Positions 26,026-40,588 of a stretch of DNA of 64,000 bases are shown in pieces. The stretch lies in the NCBI RefSeq assembly GCF_009914755.1, contig NC_060928.1; one strand, given 5' to 3'. The position numbers and the translations under genes are program-made. A model generated the notes under the pieces. That model made no database searches, had not been told where the DNA came from, and saw nothing but the letters and a program-made list of their open reading frames with translations. The first letter of the stretch is position 1, and every line of letters begins with the position of its first letter. Origin of the DNA: the human T2T-CHM13v2.0 reference genome, Homo sapiens.

Positions 26026-29000
26026 TTTATTTTGGCAATTATGTTGAAAACCTTCACTGAATTTTGGGAATATTTGTTTGTTCACTAAAGTTAAAAGGAT
26101 TTGAGGAGCAAACATTTGTATCATGAATGTGGTACTCCACAGATGATCAGTTTAGCCATGACCCTCCTACCGGTCCAGTTTGCACACACCACTCTCCAGC
26201 TGGTTGTTCCTCACTTCTGAGGCTTCCACTAATTCAGGCCTGGCTGTTTTTTTTTTTTTTTTTTTTTTAATCATCCACCAGTGCCTGAAGTTTGTTTAAA
26301 TTGTACGCCTAGAGATGCTCTTTATATGTATGTTTTCATTATGAATGTTATTAAAAATTAATGGCTAGCAAATACTACTTACTATGTATTATATACTACA
26401 AAAAGCATGTTAAAAGTGTTTTATTTGATTCTCTCTCACACACAGAAACCTGTAGGAAGTGTTATTATCCCCATTTTATGGATTGCAAAACTGAGACTCT
26501 AGTTCACAGAAACACTTGGTGGCAGAACAGGGGCTTGAATTCAGGTATCTCTGGTGTTGAGATTCTTGATCTTAACTACTACTTATACTACTTCCTAGTT
26601 ATTTGTATGATCAATTGTTAAAGTATGATTTCCTACACTTTTAAATTTTGGTGCGTGACTTGTGACTATTTCGTCTTCAAATTTGGTATAATCACAAATT
26701 TAGGTACAATAAGTAATTACAAAGCTGTGCATATATCTCTATTAATTTTAATAAATGAGAAGCTTAAGAAGATCTTAGATACTCTATTACTTTTTGAAAT
26801 GTCATGCTAAGAGTAGTAGAACACTATATGACATATTAAGACATTCTGGACATCAGATTTCAAATTCAAAACAACCACATTTTTAAAGAAACAAAATAAA
26901 TGATTACTAGTGTTGCCCCCTGAAAATAGAAAATAACATTTTTCATTCTGCTGTTATATATAGTACCAACGTATAAGATTTTATTCAATATAAAGCTACT
27001 ATTTTTAAAACATACTTTAATACACATTGAAATATATTGGGTATACACCATATCCCATTCTAAGCACTAAAATAGCTCAGTTGTGAATACATTGCATGAT
27101 CCTACCATTTTATAAACTCTGATTTAGATTTTCTATGAGAGAAGCTAGAAGGTTTCAGAGAAGAATGATACTTGAGCAAATCTATATAGTGAAAATAGGG
27201 AATTTCTGAATTTACTGACTTTTAAAAAAAGTGCCCCTCATGTGTATTTGAGAAATAAGAATATATTTGATGGAAAAGTAGGACTTCATAGGCCAAATGC
27301 CCAAGGTCACAACTGAAGCCTCAGAAGGTAAAGAAAAGCTGTTAAAGAAAAGTATTTACTAGGTTCATGCTAAATACACACATCACACAGTGCAGGTCTT
27401 CTACCACCCTCTGTGTGGCATGGAGTTCCACTTATTGGAAGCACATCAGTTCTTTTTGGAACCATGCAACCATAGTTTTAAAATATGCATCCAAAGAGCC
27501 TTATACATCTTAGGCACATACAACAAAAAAAAGTTGTCCTGACTTTATACAGAATACATAGACAATGTCTTCTGAATAAAAATCAGGCTCTTCTAGGACA
27601 TAAAACTTCTACACTGTATTCTCTTCACATTTTCTTTCACGAAACCCCCACACCCCCAACTATTATTGTAGGTATTTCTCAATCTACAGTATAATTGTTC
27701 TCTTTAAAATCTCCTTTTAGGTCAGAGCCAGATCAGCAGTAGGACTCTGATAGAAACAAAGTGACTGGGTTCTGAAACCCCACAAACCTCTGAAACTCAC
27801 CCAAAGCAGCCAATTACCAAAGCTTTTGCTCCCTTGCAGAGAACACTGGCAGTAATCAGAGGGGCAAATGTGCATCAGCTGAACGAACAACCTCTCTTTA
27901 GGGAGGCTGGAATTCCCTGCTGCTTGTCAAGCTACAGTCGATGTGAACAAACCTGTCAGTTTGTCTGCCTTTTCTCATTCTGTACCACATGTGTGGTGTT
28001 TTCAGGTTGCACAGTCTCTGAAAATACCAGAATTGGGTTCCAACATTTATCAATAACAATTTATAGCAGATAGCTTTCTGGAAAACAGTAGGAATCTAAT
28101 GAAGCCTAACAATACAGCCCCCACAAAGGTTTCCAGGCCTGGGATCAATGTCATCAGCGAAATTTATGGGAAGGCCGTGCAACTCTCTGAGATGCAGGGG
28201 CATTCTCTGCAACCTGTCTTGGATTCCATCAATTATGGTCTAATAAGGTCTTTCCTGACACAGGAGACATCTCTCTTAGTAAGGCTTTCATTCTGCCGCT
28301 GCCTCTGAGATGTACATGTATATGTAAAAACAGTTGTTTTTCTATTGCAACTGTGGCCCTCTGAGAGAGAGGTCTCCATGGGTTTTGTCTGCCTTTCTGG
28401 GTTCTGGCAAATCCCTGTGGTTTCTCTCACTGGGTCTGTTTGCTCCAGGGAATCTGAACAGCCAGACACCAGCTCCCAAAATCTCTCTGAGGTGAAACAA
28501 ACACTTGTCCCTAAAAATTTCACATTCCCTGCATATTTTAAAACTGTGAAATTGACATATCTAGCTGAATATGAATATTACGGCAGCAAAGCTTGTTTGT
28601 GGAAATAATGTGAAGTCCGTAGCAGAGGAGTGGACTGTGGTGTATTGGATACGGTTTTGCTCTAAACTTTTAGCTTCCTCAACACGTACAGTACAGAAAT
28701 GTGAGCCTTGGAGCCTTTGATTCTCCCTCAGGGCAATTCTAGATCATCCTGGTGGTGTCCTCAGGGTTGACTTCAATGTATATTTAACTTACTCCAGGCT
28801 GTCTCTTTGAGAGGCCAGTGTGTGGCTCACTCTAGAGGATTCCAGGTTCTCTGAAAGAACTCTCAGTCATTCAGGAAAAACAGATTTCACTTCAGTGATG
28901 TACCCATACAATATACACTCATACATATCCACATTTATACACACATTCATTATATGCACACATAATATCCATGCGCATGTATATGTATGTATTTCCATAA

Positions 29001-29446
29001 GTTTTAGGAAAGCTGCTTTAGGAATATTATATTTTAGTAATGACACATGATTACTTGTCATACTTTTTCTCTGGATGAATAATGCTTTATTTTCTTAATG
29101 TGATCATAGCAGCCTTAGGTCAATAATGGGCTGCAGACAGAAGCCAGGCTTGCTTCTAAGACTTAAGTCACATCCTTGATTCAGAATAGGTCTCAGGCTA
29201 CGTATAGCAGCCTTCTGAGGTAAAGTCTGGTGAGGGAGAAAATCTAGACAGGAAGAAATGGGAAACTCTCAGTTTATCAAGGTACCACCTGTCCTTTACT
29301 GTTCTTAAATATCCTTATTGCTAGTTACTCTACCATGGGTAGAGTACCCTTTTCACCATGAATAATTTGGGGGACAAATCCAAGACCATAAAGTCTTTAT
29401 TAAATAACATAAGAGTAAAGATAAAGATGAAGCCAATCTAAGTACC

Positions 29447-29896
29447 TGTATTCATTTCCTAGGGCTGCCTTAAGAAATTACCAGACTGAGTGGCTAAAAA
29501 AAAAAAAAAAAACAGGAATGTATTCTCTCATAGTTCTAGAGGCTCGAAGTCTGAAATCAAGATGTCAGCAGAGCCATGCTCTTGCTGAAGGCTCTAGGGG
29601 AGGGTATGTTCCATGCTTTTCTCGCAGCTCTGGGTGGTGCCAATGATACTGGCTCTCCTTGGCGTGTAGATGCATCATTACAATTTCAGCCTCTTCTTTT
29701 CCATGGCATTCTCTGTGCCTATCTTCTCCTTTTCTTATAAAGATCCATGTTGTATTAGATTAAGGGCTCACTCTACTCTAGCATTACCTCATCTTAACTA
29801 ATTGCATCTTAAATTACCTTATTTCCAAATAAGTTTACAAACCTGAGGTTCTGTGAAGGGCATGAACTTTGGGGGGACTCTATCCAACCCAGTACA
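29447..29896 (-). mobile_element. MaLR LTR (MLT1B/C-like)
   Basis: TGTATTCATTTCCTAGGGCTGCC...TTCTAGAGGCTCGAAGTCTGAAATCAAGATGTCAGCAGAGCCATGCTC...CAACCCAGTACA; TG...CA ends. Confidence 0.8.
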
Positions 29897-29967
29897 ATAC
29901 ATAAGGGGTTCCTTCACTGAAACACTCATTAATGCATGAAATCACTATATTAACTTGTTGCTATCTA

Positions 29968-30538
<571 letters not shown>

Positions 30539-30685
30539 GTGGTCTAGAACACATCATGAAGAGGAGTTACAGCAGAAGTTGTCAGGAAAAGGGAAGGTGG
30601 AAAGTCCTGGGAGTGCAGTAATGTTGCTGTGAGAGAAGAGACCCTGAAAGAGCGGATGAAGGTGAAGGTAAAGTACTTATACTAA

Positions 30686-31026
<341 letters not shown>

Positions 31027-31749
31027 GCTCTTCTCTTGACTCTGGTATTTTGCCTTGCATTCAGCAGGTGCTTACTAAATATTTGTTGAACCATTGAAGA
31101 AAAAGATGAATACTTCAAACATGATGGAATGTTGTGGAGACTGGCAATGCTGCTGACAAAAGCATATGACTGCCCTGAAGATTTCTGGAAAAAAGCACTT
31201 TAAGTATTAGCAAATTTTCATACATTGATCTTTAGTTATAGCATAAGAACACGTACTTCACATGCCTTACGCCTTAGTTAGCACCATCAGTGTTCTGCCT
31301 CAAGTCCTTGGGTTCCCCGGGAACACAAACAGCCACCTTCTTTCTCTGTCAAGGTGTAGCTGACATTATATTACCTGTGTCCTTTGTCCTTCTGCTGATT
31401 CAACAATTTCCCTGTCGACTGCCATTACTGCACCCGAATACAAAGCTGCCAGCACTACTGTGCATGCCCAGAACATGGTGGTGAATCCCTTCCTGACAAT
31501 CTTTCCTTTCCCCACAAGACAGTAAGAGCAAATCACAATTGTTTTTGAAAGAGATGGGTAACTCACCTGGTCCCTGGGGCTTTGACAACTTCCTGTTGCA
31601 AGGAGGTTGTCTTTGGGAGGGCTGACACAGCTCATTTTCCAAGCTTGGATTTACTGTGGTCTCTCGTCACAGCTCTGTGATGAGGAAGGAAGGAGGGGAA
31701 TTTTCATCAATGTAATGAGTACGTGTATTAGCTCCCTGTAGTGACTCCA

Positions 31750-31760
31750 ACACACACACA

Positions 31761-31794
<34 letters not shown>
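31750..31794. repeat. (CA)n microsatellite
   Basis: Interrupted CA run. Confidence 0.95.
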
Positions 31795-31798
<4 letters not shown>

Positions 31799-32239
31799 TA
31801 TATCCCTATCTACTTTCATTGATATACAGAGCAGTTTTTCTGTGAGTCTCAAAGAAAATTTGGAAGACCTCCCCATAACTGCCCTTACTATTTCTCTAAG
31901 CTCACTCTTGATAGTGTTTTGGATACAAAGAGGAAGGAACACTTCTGCTTTACCCTGTGGCATAGGTAGAGCCAATGGACATATTCTAAATACATCAATC
32001 ACCAGGATATTGCCTTCTGAAAGTGTGTTGGGCTGCACATGTGTTATTATTTGGATGCAAGGAACAGCTATTAAATGATATGATAGAAACATTATGAATG
32101 ATAAATAGCATTAAATATTTATCAGATAACCTGCCTGAATTACAAAAGGGAACAAAACATTCTTAATTTTCTCTTTTGAATTATAAAATAAATTCTACAA
32201 ATTAAATTCTGAACATTCAAAACTACCTTGGCTAAAAGA

Positions 32240-32440
32240 AGATTAATGGTTACCTAGAGTCAGAGGTGGAGTGGGGCTTGGGATTAACTGCAAAGGATAA
32301 TGAGGAAATGTTTTAGGGTAAGGGAAATATTCTGTATCTTGATTGTGGTGGTAGTTATATGATGATATATAAATACCAAAACTCATCAAACTCTACACTT
32401 AAAATGATGATTTTCTTATATGCAAATACTACCTTAAAAG
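32240..32440 (+). mobile_element. Old L1M (MC/MD/ME-type) 3' end
   Basis: ATATTCTGTATCTTGATTGTGGTGGTAGTTATATG...AAAACTCATCAAACTCTACACTTAAAAT. Confidence 0.7.
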
Positions 32441-32629
32441 TTAACACAAAAACTCAAAACATTCAAATTGAAACTCATAATTTGCAATATTTACAATAGC
32501 TTAAAGAATAAAGAGTTTAGAAAATTGAACGTTTAAAAATATGTTACGATAAGGAATGTTTTAAAAAATTTATAATTAGATGAGCATTTTCCTTATGAAA
32601 TATTGTTTAGGTAAAATCAATACCATACT

Positions 32630-32988
32630 TGGATGGTAGAATTATTAGTACTCACAGAGGGCTATCCCTCTCAGCCACCTTGGAGTTATCTGGGACCTTG
32701 TCACTGATTAGGCCCAATGGGTTGTTAGTGGACTTCACATGTGTATAGGTAACAGCCCCTGCATGAGTCTCCAGCTCTCTCGTTTTCTGCCTCAGCAATG
32801 TTGAGATGGCAGTGTCACAAGACGATGGAACCCTTCTCAGCCTGGGATACTATGTGACAAATTGAGATAGGGCTCCTTTACCAAACTGCACTGGATAAGC
32901 AAAAATTAAACCTTTATGATGTTAAGCCATTGAGACTTGGGGGTTTATTTGTTACTGCAATATAACATAGCCTGTGCTGACCAATACA
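32630..32988 (+). mobile_element. Old MaLR LTR (MLT1H-K-like)
   Basis: 3' end TAAGCCATTGAGACTTGGGGGTTTATTTGTTACTGCAATATAACATAGCCTGTGCTGACCAATACA. Confidence 0.65.
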
Positions 32989-34823
32989 ATATGCTGCCGT
33001 GATTTCGAAACACTCAGATTTTAATGCAATTTAAAGGTGCATTTAAAGGTTGCCTCACTGAAGAGTGTAAATTTTTAAAAACATACCACTTGTGGGCACT
33101 GTTGATGAAGAGACATTCAAGTGATTACTTTCTTGTCAATTCATACTGGGTATTCTGGGATGTTGTGAGATTACCTATTGATACCTTTATCAGAGGCAGA
33201 ATTCACTAGAAGGTCTTTGACCTACAGACTAAAATATATAATTAAAATATATAATGCTTCCCTAATAACACAGGGCATATAAGACAGAGTAGAAGATGTA
33301 GTGACCAACCTAGGATTTGAGTTGCCACCTGGTCATGGTCATTTGTCCTCTTCTTGCAGTCCACATATTCCATGAATCTTACTACTGCCACTAGTTTGCT
33401 ACCTTTTACCATTTTACATTATATCTTTAACAGATAGGGTTCAGTTTCTTAATAAATGAACTCTTGGCCCTGTTGATACCATTGTCTCATCTTTTACTCC
33501 AGCAGCTTTAGTTGTTCCAGCTGGTGAAATCTCTTTAGCGCTGTTTGAAACCCACATTTCTACTAGTAAATATTTCAATGTTTTAAAAATAATTTGTTTT
33601 GGAAGAAGCACTGGTTTTTTTGGGGGGGATATGTAGTAAAGAACAAGTTCAGTAAAATCACCAGCGGTAGCTCATGGTAAATCCAGTGAAAGAATGTATT
33701 GACCAGAGGCGCATGAAGCAATTTGTAGTGAGTTTTCCTGGAAAAGAAGAATGGAAAAGGATAAAGCCAAAAGCAGTCAAGTAGAGGAAAGTACTTTTTT
33801 AATAAGTGAAAAGACAGTTTTGTAGGTTCATGTTGTTGATTTAAAAAAAAACAAAAACCAAACCATTATGTGACTGTAATCATTCTGTTTTTGTCTCACA
33901 GAGAAGCAGGAAAGCAGATGGAGGGGGACCAGTTTTTTCCACAGAATCCCTTTTCATTTGGGGTAAGATGCTGAAGACTAATGACTAAGAAAGTCCAAGA
34001 AAACTAAGACTTCATCTTCCTGGAAAAATTGAAGCCATTGATTGGAACAAGAGAAACACCAAGACAGGAAGGGACGTAGAAATTTTCCCTCTATCCCTCT
34101 TCCATTACAGAGACATGGAAAATCCCAGTATATGTTTGTTTATTTCTCTATTTCTTCTTCTCATACAGAATTTAAAAATAATAAATTGGGATGCATTGGT
34201 GAGCTAGGCCTCTGGGGCTCTTGCTTTAAATCATTCTTTTGGTGCTGTTCCCTATTCAGGTGTTCACATTCATGCTAACTCTCCCTCAAACACATTTACA
34301 ACAACCACTGAGTTAAAATTTTTCCCTTGGTCCTTAAATATTATGTTACTAATATTGCATACTACCCAATAATCTATTTAGCTAATTATAAATATTTATA
34401 GATCAGTCAAAAGTAGATCTTGAGTATAGGAGCTCGGGAAAGAGCGTGACTTGTGCAGTGGCTTTGAAAACACGGAGGGTGACTATTTTATGTTCTTCCT
34501 CTAAGTCAAAAGTGCCCTTAGAGTTTGTTTTTGTTAATGAATCTACAGTTTGTACTATGACAACAAAAAATGAGAAAGTAACTCGGGCCTCAGTAGTTGA
34601 AAGCCCATAAAAATCTTCTCTAGTATCACACAGGTGTGTGGGAGCTGGGGTGAGGGTGTCAGGCATTTGGATGGAGGCGGGAGAAGCCATGCTGAAGGAA
34701 GCTTAATAAGAATATTAACTGCAACACAAAACCCCAGAAAACTAATTTCAGTATTTTAATTTAATTTGAAGGGGAAGTCTGAAAATGTTCAGGATGAAAA
34801 AAACTGATTTGGGGTAAATATAC

Positions 34824-36414
34824 TTTTTTTGTATTTTTTATTGAAATATCATAGTCATATATTTTTTGGGGGTACGTGTGCTATTTTGATACATGTATAC
34901 AATGTGTAATTGTTGAATCAGTGTAATTGGGATACTCATCACCTCAAACATTTACATTTTCTTTGTGTTTGGAACATTACAATTCTTCCCTTCTAGCTAT
35001 TTTGAAAGATACAATAAATTGTCATTAACTACAATTCCCTAATTGTACTGTTGAATACTAGAACTTATTCCTTCTAACTGTATTTTTGTACCCATGAATC
35101 AACTTCTGTTCATCCTCCTCCTTCCTCCTTCCCTTCCCAGCCTCTGGTGACCACCATTCTATCTCATACCTTCATGAGGTCTAATTTTTTAGCCCCTACA
35201 ATTGAGTGAAAACATTTTTCTTTCTATGCCTGGCTTTATTCACTTAATATAATAACCTTCAGTTTCATCCAGGTGCTGCAAATGACAGGATTTTATTTTT
35301 TGTGGCTGAATAATATTCCATTGTGTATATATACCACATTTTCTTTTTTGTTTTTATAATTTCAACTTTATTTTAGATTCATGGGGTACATGTGCTGGTT
35401 TGTTTGACGGGTATATTGTGTGATGCTGAGATTTGGAGTACAATTGATCCCACCACCCAGGTACTGAGCATAGTACTCAATAGTTTTTCAACCAACCTTT
35501 CAATGTCTCCTTCCCTCTCTCCCCCATCTAGTAGTCTCCAGTATCTATTGTTGCCATCTTTATGTCCATGAGTACCTAATGTCTGGTTCCCTCTTATAAG
35601 TGAAAAGAAGTGATATTTGGTTTTCCTTTCCTGCATTAATTTGTGTAGGATTATGGCCTCCAGCTGCATGGATGTTGCTGCAAAGAACTTGATTTTGTTC
35701 TTTTTTATGGCTGCACAGTAGTCTATGTTGTATATGCACCACATTTTCTTTATCAATTTTACCTTCAATGGGCACCTAGGTTGATTCCATGTCTTTGCTA
35801 TTGTGAATAGTGCTGCAATGAACATACGAGTGCTTGCATCATTTTAGTAGAATACTTTATTTTCTTTTGGGTATATATCCAGTAATGGGATTGCCGGGTT
35901 GAATGGTAGTTCTGTTTAAGTTCTTTGAAAACTCTCCAAACTGCTTTCCAAAGTGGCTGAACTAATTTACATTCCCACAGTGTATAAACATTCTCTTTTT
36001 TCCACAACCTCATCAGCATTTGTTGTTTTTTCTTTTTTTTTGTTAATAGCCATTCTAACCGGGGTGACAGGATATCTCACTGGTTTGGGTTTACATTTCT
36101 CTGATTATTAGTGATGTTGAGCATTTAAAAATATACCTGTTGGTCATTTGTATGTCTTCTTTTGAGATATGTCTATTCAGGTCTTTTGCTCATTTTAAAA
36201 TCTGATTATTTGCTTTTTTGCTATTGAGTTGTTGAGTTCCTGATATATTCTGGCTATTAATCCCTTATTGAATGGATAGTTTGCAAACATTTTCTCCCAT
36301 TCTATGGGTTATGTCTTTACTTTGTTAATTGCATTCTTTGCTGTGCAGAAGTTTTTAAATTGACGTGATTCCATTTTTCTATTTTTGTGTTTATTGCCTG
36401 TGGTTTAAAGTTCA
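34824..36414 (-). mobile_element. Composite truncated L1: L1MA-type 3' end with a second, younger L1 (L1PB/L1PA13-16-type) 3' end starting at ~35345
   Basis: Two successive L1 3' ends; ORF2 C-terminal relic ([19 protein letters not shown]); 13-bp TSD GGGGTAAATATAC at 34811-34823 and 36415-36427. Confidence 0.85.
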
Positions 36415-36455
36415 GGGGTAAATATACATAATATATATATTACCCTGAAAAGGTA

Positions 36456-36610
36456 ATATACCCAAAAGAAAGTAAATTATTCTACCAAAAAGATACAAGC
36501 ACCCGTATGTTCATCGCAGTGCTATTCACAATAGCAAAGACATGGAATCAACCTAGGTGCCCATTGAAGGGGAAATGGATAAAGAAAATGTGGTGCATAT
36601 ACACCATGGA
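36456..36610 (+). mobile_element. Inverted copy of an L1 ORF2 segment from 35720-35878
   Basis: Reverse complement aligns along its length with 35720-35878, sharing unusual variants (GCCCATTGAAGG, GTGGTGCATATAC). Confidence 0.8.
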
Positions 36611-36971
36611 ATTAATTAAGCTTAGGTGATTAATTATATGTATTTTGAAAAAAGCAATTGATGTCTTTTAAAGTATATGATCTTTATCATTTTGGTTAAG
36701 TACCTTAACAAGTGTAATAAAAGGGTTTCTGGGTTTAGTTATAACCTCAGTTTCCAGTCTGAGTTTTCTAAGAAGCTCTCAATTTGGTCAACGGAATTCT
36801 TACAACAAGGGCTTCTTCTAACCCTTGTCTTGGTGGAGAGGGAGATACTCATTATTCCTATATCTATCAAGTGGAAATACTGTGCATGTTTTTTTTAATC
36901 CTTTTAAATACTGTGATTATCAAATTTTTTAATGCTTTTTCTTCCACTGCAATTTCAGAAAGTTGCAAATT

Positions 36972-37103
36972 ATTTTGTTTTTTAATTTTAAGATGGGGTC
37001 ACCACATTGGCCAGGGTGGTCTCGAACTCCTGACCTCAAGTGATCTGCTCGCCTCAGCCTCCCAAAGAGCCAGGATTATAGGCATGAGCCACCACGCCCA
37101 GCC
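36972..37103 (-). mobile_element. Free left Alu monomer (FLAM-like)
   Basis: Only the left monomer, with T-tail; flanking direct repeat AAGTTGCAA on both sides. Confidence 0.8.
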
Positions 37104-37879
37104 GGAAGTTGCAAGTACTATCAAATCTCTCCCTGTATGTTTGCTACCATTATCCAGTATTATAAAGTGTTCATCGTGCTTGTTTCCGGTCTGTACTTCT
37201 ATGTTTGATTTCTCTGATGCAATTGGAGAGCATCTGGTTCTGAAAGTGTCTTGGTGTGCCTCAAAGTCTGCCTATCTGTGTTAACCATGAGATCAAGCTG
37301 CTCAGACTGTGGTCCTAGATAGATGTGGTTGGCACCATTACAAGAGCCTGGTGAGAGCCTCATTCCTTTTCAGAATCTGCATTCTAGTTTCCTAACTACT
37401 TATTTCATCTCTATGCCCAGTGAAAGGCCTTTGTGGAATTGGCTTTGAAAGATCTTGGCCATTCATCACCACAATGTACAGTGTTGACCATGTGGGGTAA
37501 GCTGAGTATCATGCTAGGCACTTTGCATCCGTTATCAAAGTTCTTTTGATTTGTTTGTTCCACTTGCAGCAGCTTGTTGATAAGGCTGACTATAGCCTTA
37601 GGATAAGCAGATTTCCCTAGTACTCCAAGCAAACATCTAAGCGTTGCCTTTAGAATGGCTTCATAGCTGGTTCATAGCTACAACTGGTTTCATAGCCTTC
37701 ATGCCTGCCTCATCTTTCCCCCATTCTCTTTCAAAGAGCTCATACATTTTATTGGACTTTTCAATGAATTTGGGGTCCCATTGAAGGGAAACTAACAGTT
37801 CCTAGGCTCCTTGGAGACATGCCTTGAAACTATGAAAAGATTTAACTCAGTGGTTCTCAAACTTTAATGTGCATGGTAA

Positions 37880-38224
<345 letters not shown>

Positions 38225-38773
38225 TTATTGGGTTCCACCTTGGTGGTGGTAATTAAATAGATCTGGGATCAGGCCCAGGAGTTTATTTTTAACTATCATC
38301 CTGGGTGATTCTGGAGGTGATATGGGACCATGTTCTTGGGGATCTGACTTGACATTGGTTCTGGCTTTCACCTCTACCTACCACCTTGGTTCTCTAATGA
38401 TTACTTCTTTTGATGTTCCCCCATTCAGTTCTTTTAGACATAGGAAGCTTATACAAGCTAGTACAGGCACACAAAAACTACTCTAGGCATAATTTTCACC
38501 AAGTAAGAGAAAGCTCCTTCCTCCCTGCCCCGAATATTTTCTAACTCATGCTCAAAAAGAATCTAGAGATAAAATAAATTGCTTTGTGATATGCAAGGTG
38601 TTATTCAAGTAAAAAAAAATTTTAAATGTTAAATGTTTACTCTTATAACATTGTTTAATTATATGTTATATATTTCATATACACAAAACTACAGAGAATA
38701 ATATAATAGATACATGTGGACTCATTATTCCATCTTAACACATTAACATTTTGTCACATTTTAAAAATTCTTT

Positions 38774-40588
38774 TTTTTTTTTTTTTTATTGATCATTCTT
38801 GGGTGTTTCTCACAGAGGGGGATTTGGCAGGGTCATAGGACAATAGTGGAGGGAAGGTCAGCAGATAAACAAGTGAACAAAGGTCTCTGGATTTCCTAGG
38901 CAGAGGACCCTGCGGCCTTCCGCAGTGTTTGTGTCCCTGGGTACTTGAGATTAGGGAGTGGTGATGACTCTTAACGAGCATGCTGCCTTCAAGCATCTGT
39001 TTAACAAAGCACATCTTGCACTGCCCTTAATCCATTTAACCCTGAGTGGACACAGCACATGTTTCAGAGAGCACAGCGTTGGGGGGTAAGGTCACAGATC
39101 AACAGGATCCCAAGGCAGAAGAATTTTTCTTAGTACAGAACAAAATGAAAAGTCTCCCATGTCTACTCCTTTTCACACAGACACTGCAACCATCTGATTT
39201 CTCAATCTTTTCCCCACCTTTCCCTGCTTTCTATTCCACAAAACCACCATTGTCATCATGGCCCGTTCTCAATGAGCTGTTGGGCACACCTCCCAGACGG
39301 GGTGGTGGCCGGGCAGAGGGGCTCTTCACTTCCCAGTAGGGGCGGCCGGGCAGAGGCGCCCCTCACCTCCCGGACGGGGCAGCTGGCCGGGTGGGGGGCT
39401 GACCCCCCCACCTCCCTCCCAGACGGGATGGCTGGCCGGGCAGAGGGGCTCCTCATTTCCCAGTAGGGGCGGCCGGGCAGAGGCGCCCCTCACCTCCCGG
39501 ACGAGGCGGCTGGCCGGGCGGGGGGCTGACCCCCCCACCTCCCTCCCGGACGGGGCGGCTGGCCGGGCAGAGGGCTCCTCACTTCCCAGTAGGGGCAGCC
39601 GGGCAGAGGCGCCCCTCACCTCCCGGACGAGGCGGCTGGCTGGGCGGGGGGCTGACCCCCACCTCCCTCCCAGACGGGGCGGCTTTCTGGCGGAGACACT
39701 CCTCACTTCCCAGACGGGGTGGCTGCCGGGCGGAGGGGCTCCTCGCTTCTCAGACGGTGCGGCTGCCAGGCGGAGGGGCTCCTCACTTCTCAGATGGGGC
39801 GGTTGCCAGGCGGAGGGTCTCCTCCCTTCTCAGACGGGGCAGCTGGGCAGAGACGTTCCTCACCTCCCAGACAGGGTCGCAGCCGGGCAGAGGCGCTCCT
39901 CACATCCCAGACGGGGCGGCGGGGCAAAGGCGCTCCCCACATCTCAGACGATGGGCGGCCGGGCAGAGACGCTCCTCACTTCCTAGATGGGATGGCGGCC
40001 GGGAAGAGGCGCTCCTCACTTCCTAGATGGGATGGCGGCCGGGCAGAGACACTCCTCACTTTCCAGACTGGGCAGCCAGGCAGAGGGGCTCCTCACATCC
40101 CAGACAATGGGCGGCCAGGCAGAGACGCTCCTCACTTCCTAGACGGGGTGGCGGCCAGGCAGAGGCTGCACTCTGGGCACTTTGGGAGGCCAAGGCAGGC
40201 GGCTGGGAGGTGGAGGTTGTAGCGAGCCGAGATCACGCCACTGCACTCCAGCCTGGGCACCATTGAGCACTGAGTGAACCAGACACTGTCTGCAATCCCG
40301 GCACCTCCGGAGGCCGAGGCTGGCGGATCACTCGCAGTTAGGAGCTGGAGACCAGCCCGGCCAACACAGCGAAACCCCGTCTCCACCAAAAAAATACGAA
40401 AACCAGTCAGGCGTGGCGGCGCGCGCCTGCAATCGCAGGCACTCGGCAGACTGAGGCAGGAGAATCAGGCAGGGAGGTTGCAGTGAGCCGAGATGGCAGC
40501 AGTACTGTCCAGCTTCGGCTCGGCATCAGAGGGAGACCGTGGAAAGAGAGGGAGAGGGAGACCGTGGGGAGAGGGAGAGGGAGAGGGC
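38774..40588 (-). mobile_element. SVA retrotransposon (short hexamer tract, Alu-like domain, VNTR ~39290-40160, SINE-R, poly-A)
   Basis: (CCCTCT)x~3 at 40570-40588 on minus; GC-rich VNTR; SINE-R; T-run; 13-bp TSD TTAAAAATTCTTT at 38761-38773 and 40589-40601. Confidence 0.97.

Noticed and set aside
34403-34690. 95-aa ATG-initiated ORF (MASPASIQMPD...) in unique sequence
   Set aside because: No recognisable homology, promoter or convincing splice donor; length within chance expectation
36784-37284. 166-aa plus-strand ORF
   Set aside because: Non-ATG start, reads through an antisense Alu monomer, low-complexity hydrophobic composition
39290-40160. Repeat array superficially like a CRISPR array
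   Set aside because: SVA VNTR of degenerate tandem units without unique spacers; eukaryotic context, no cas genes
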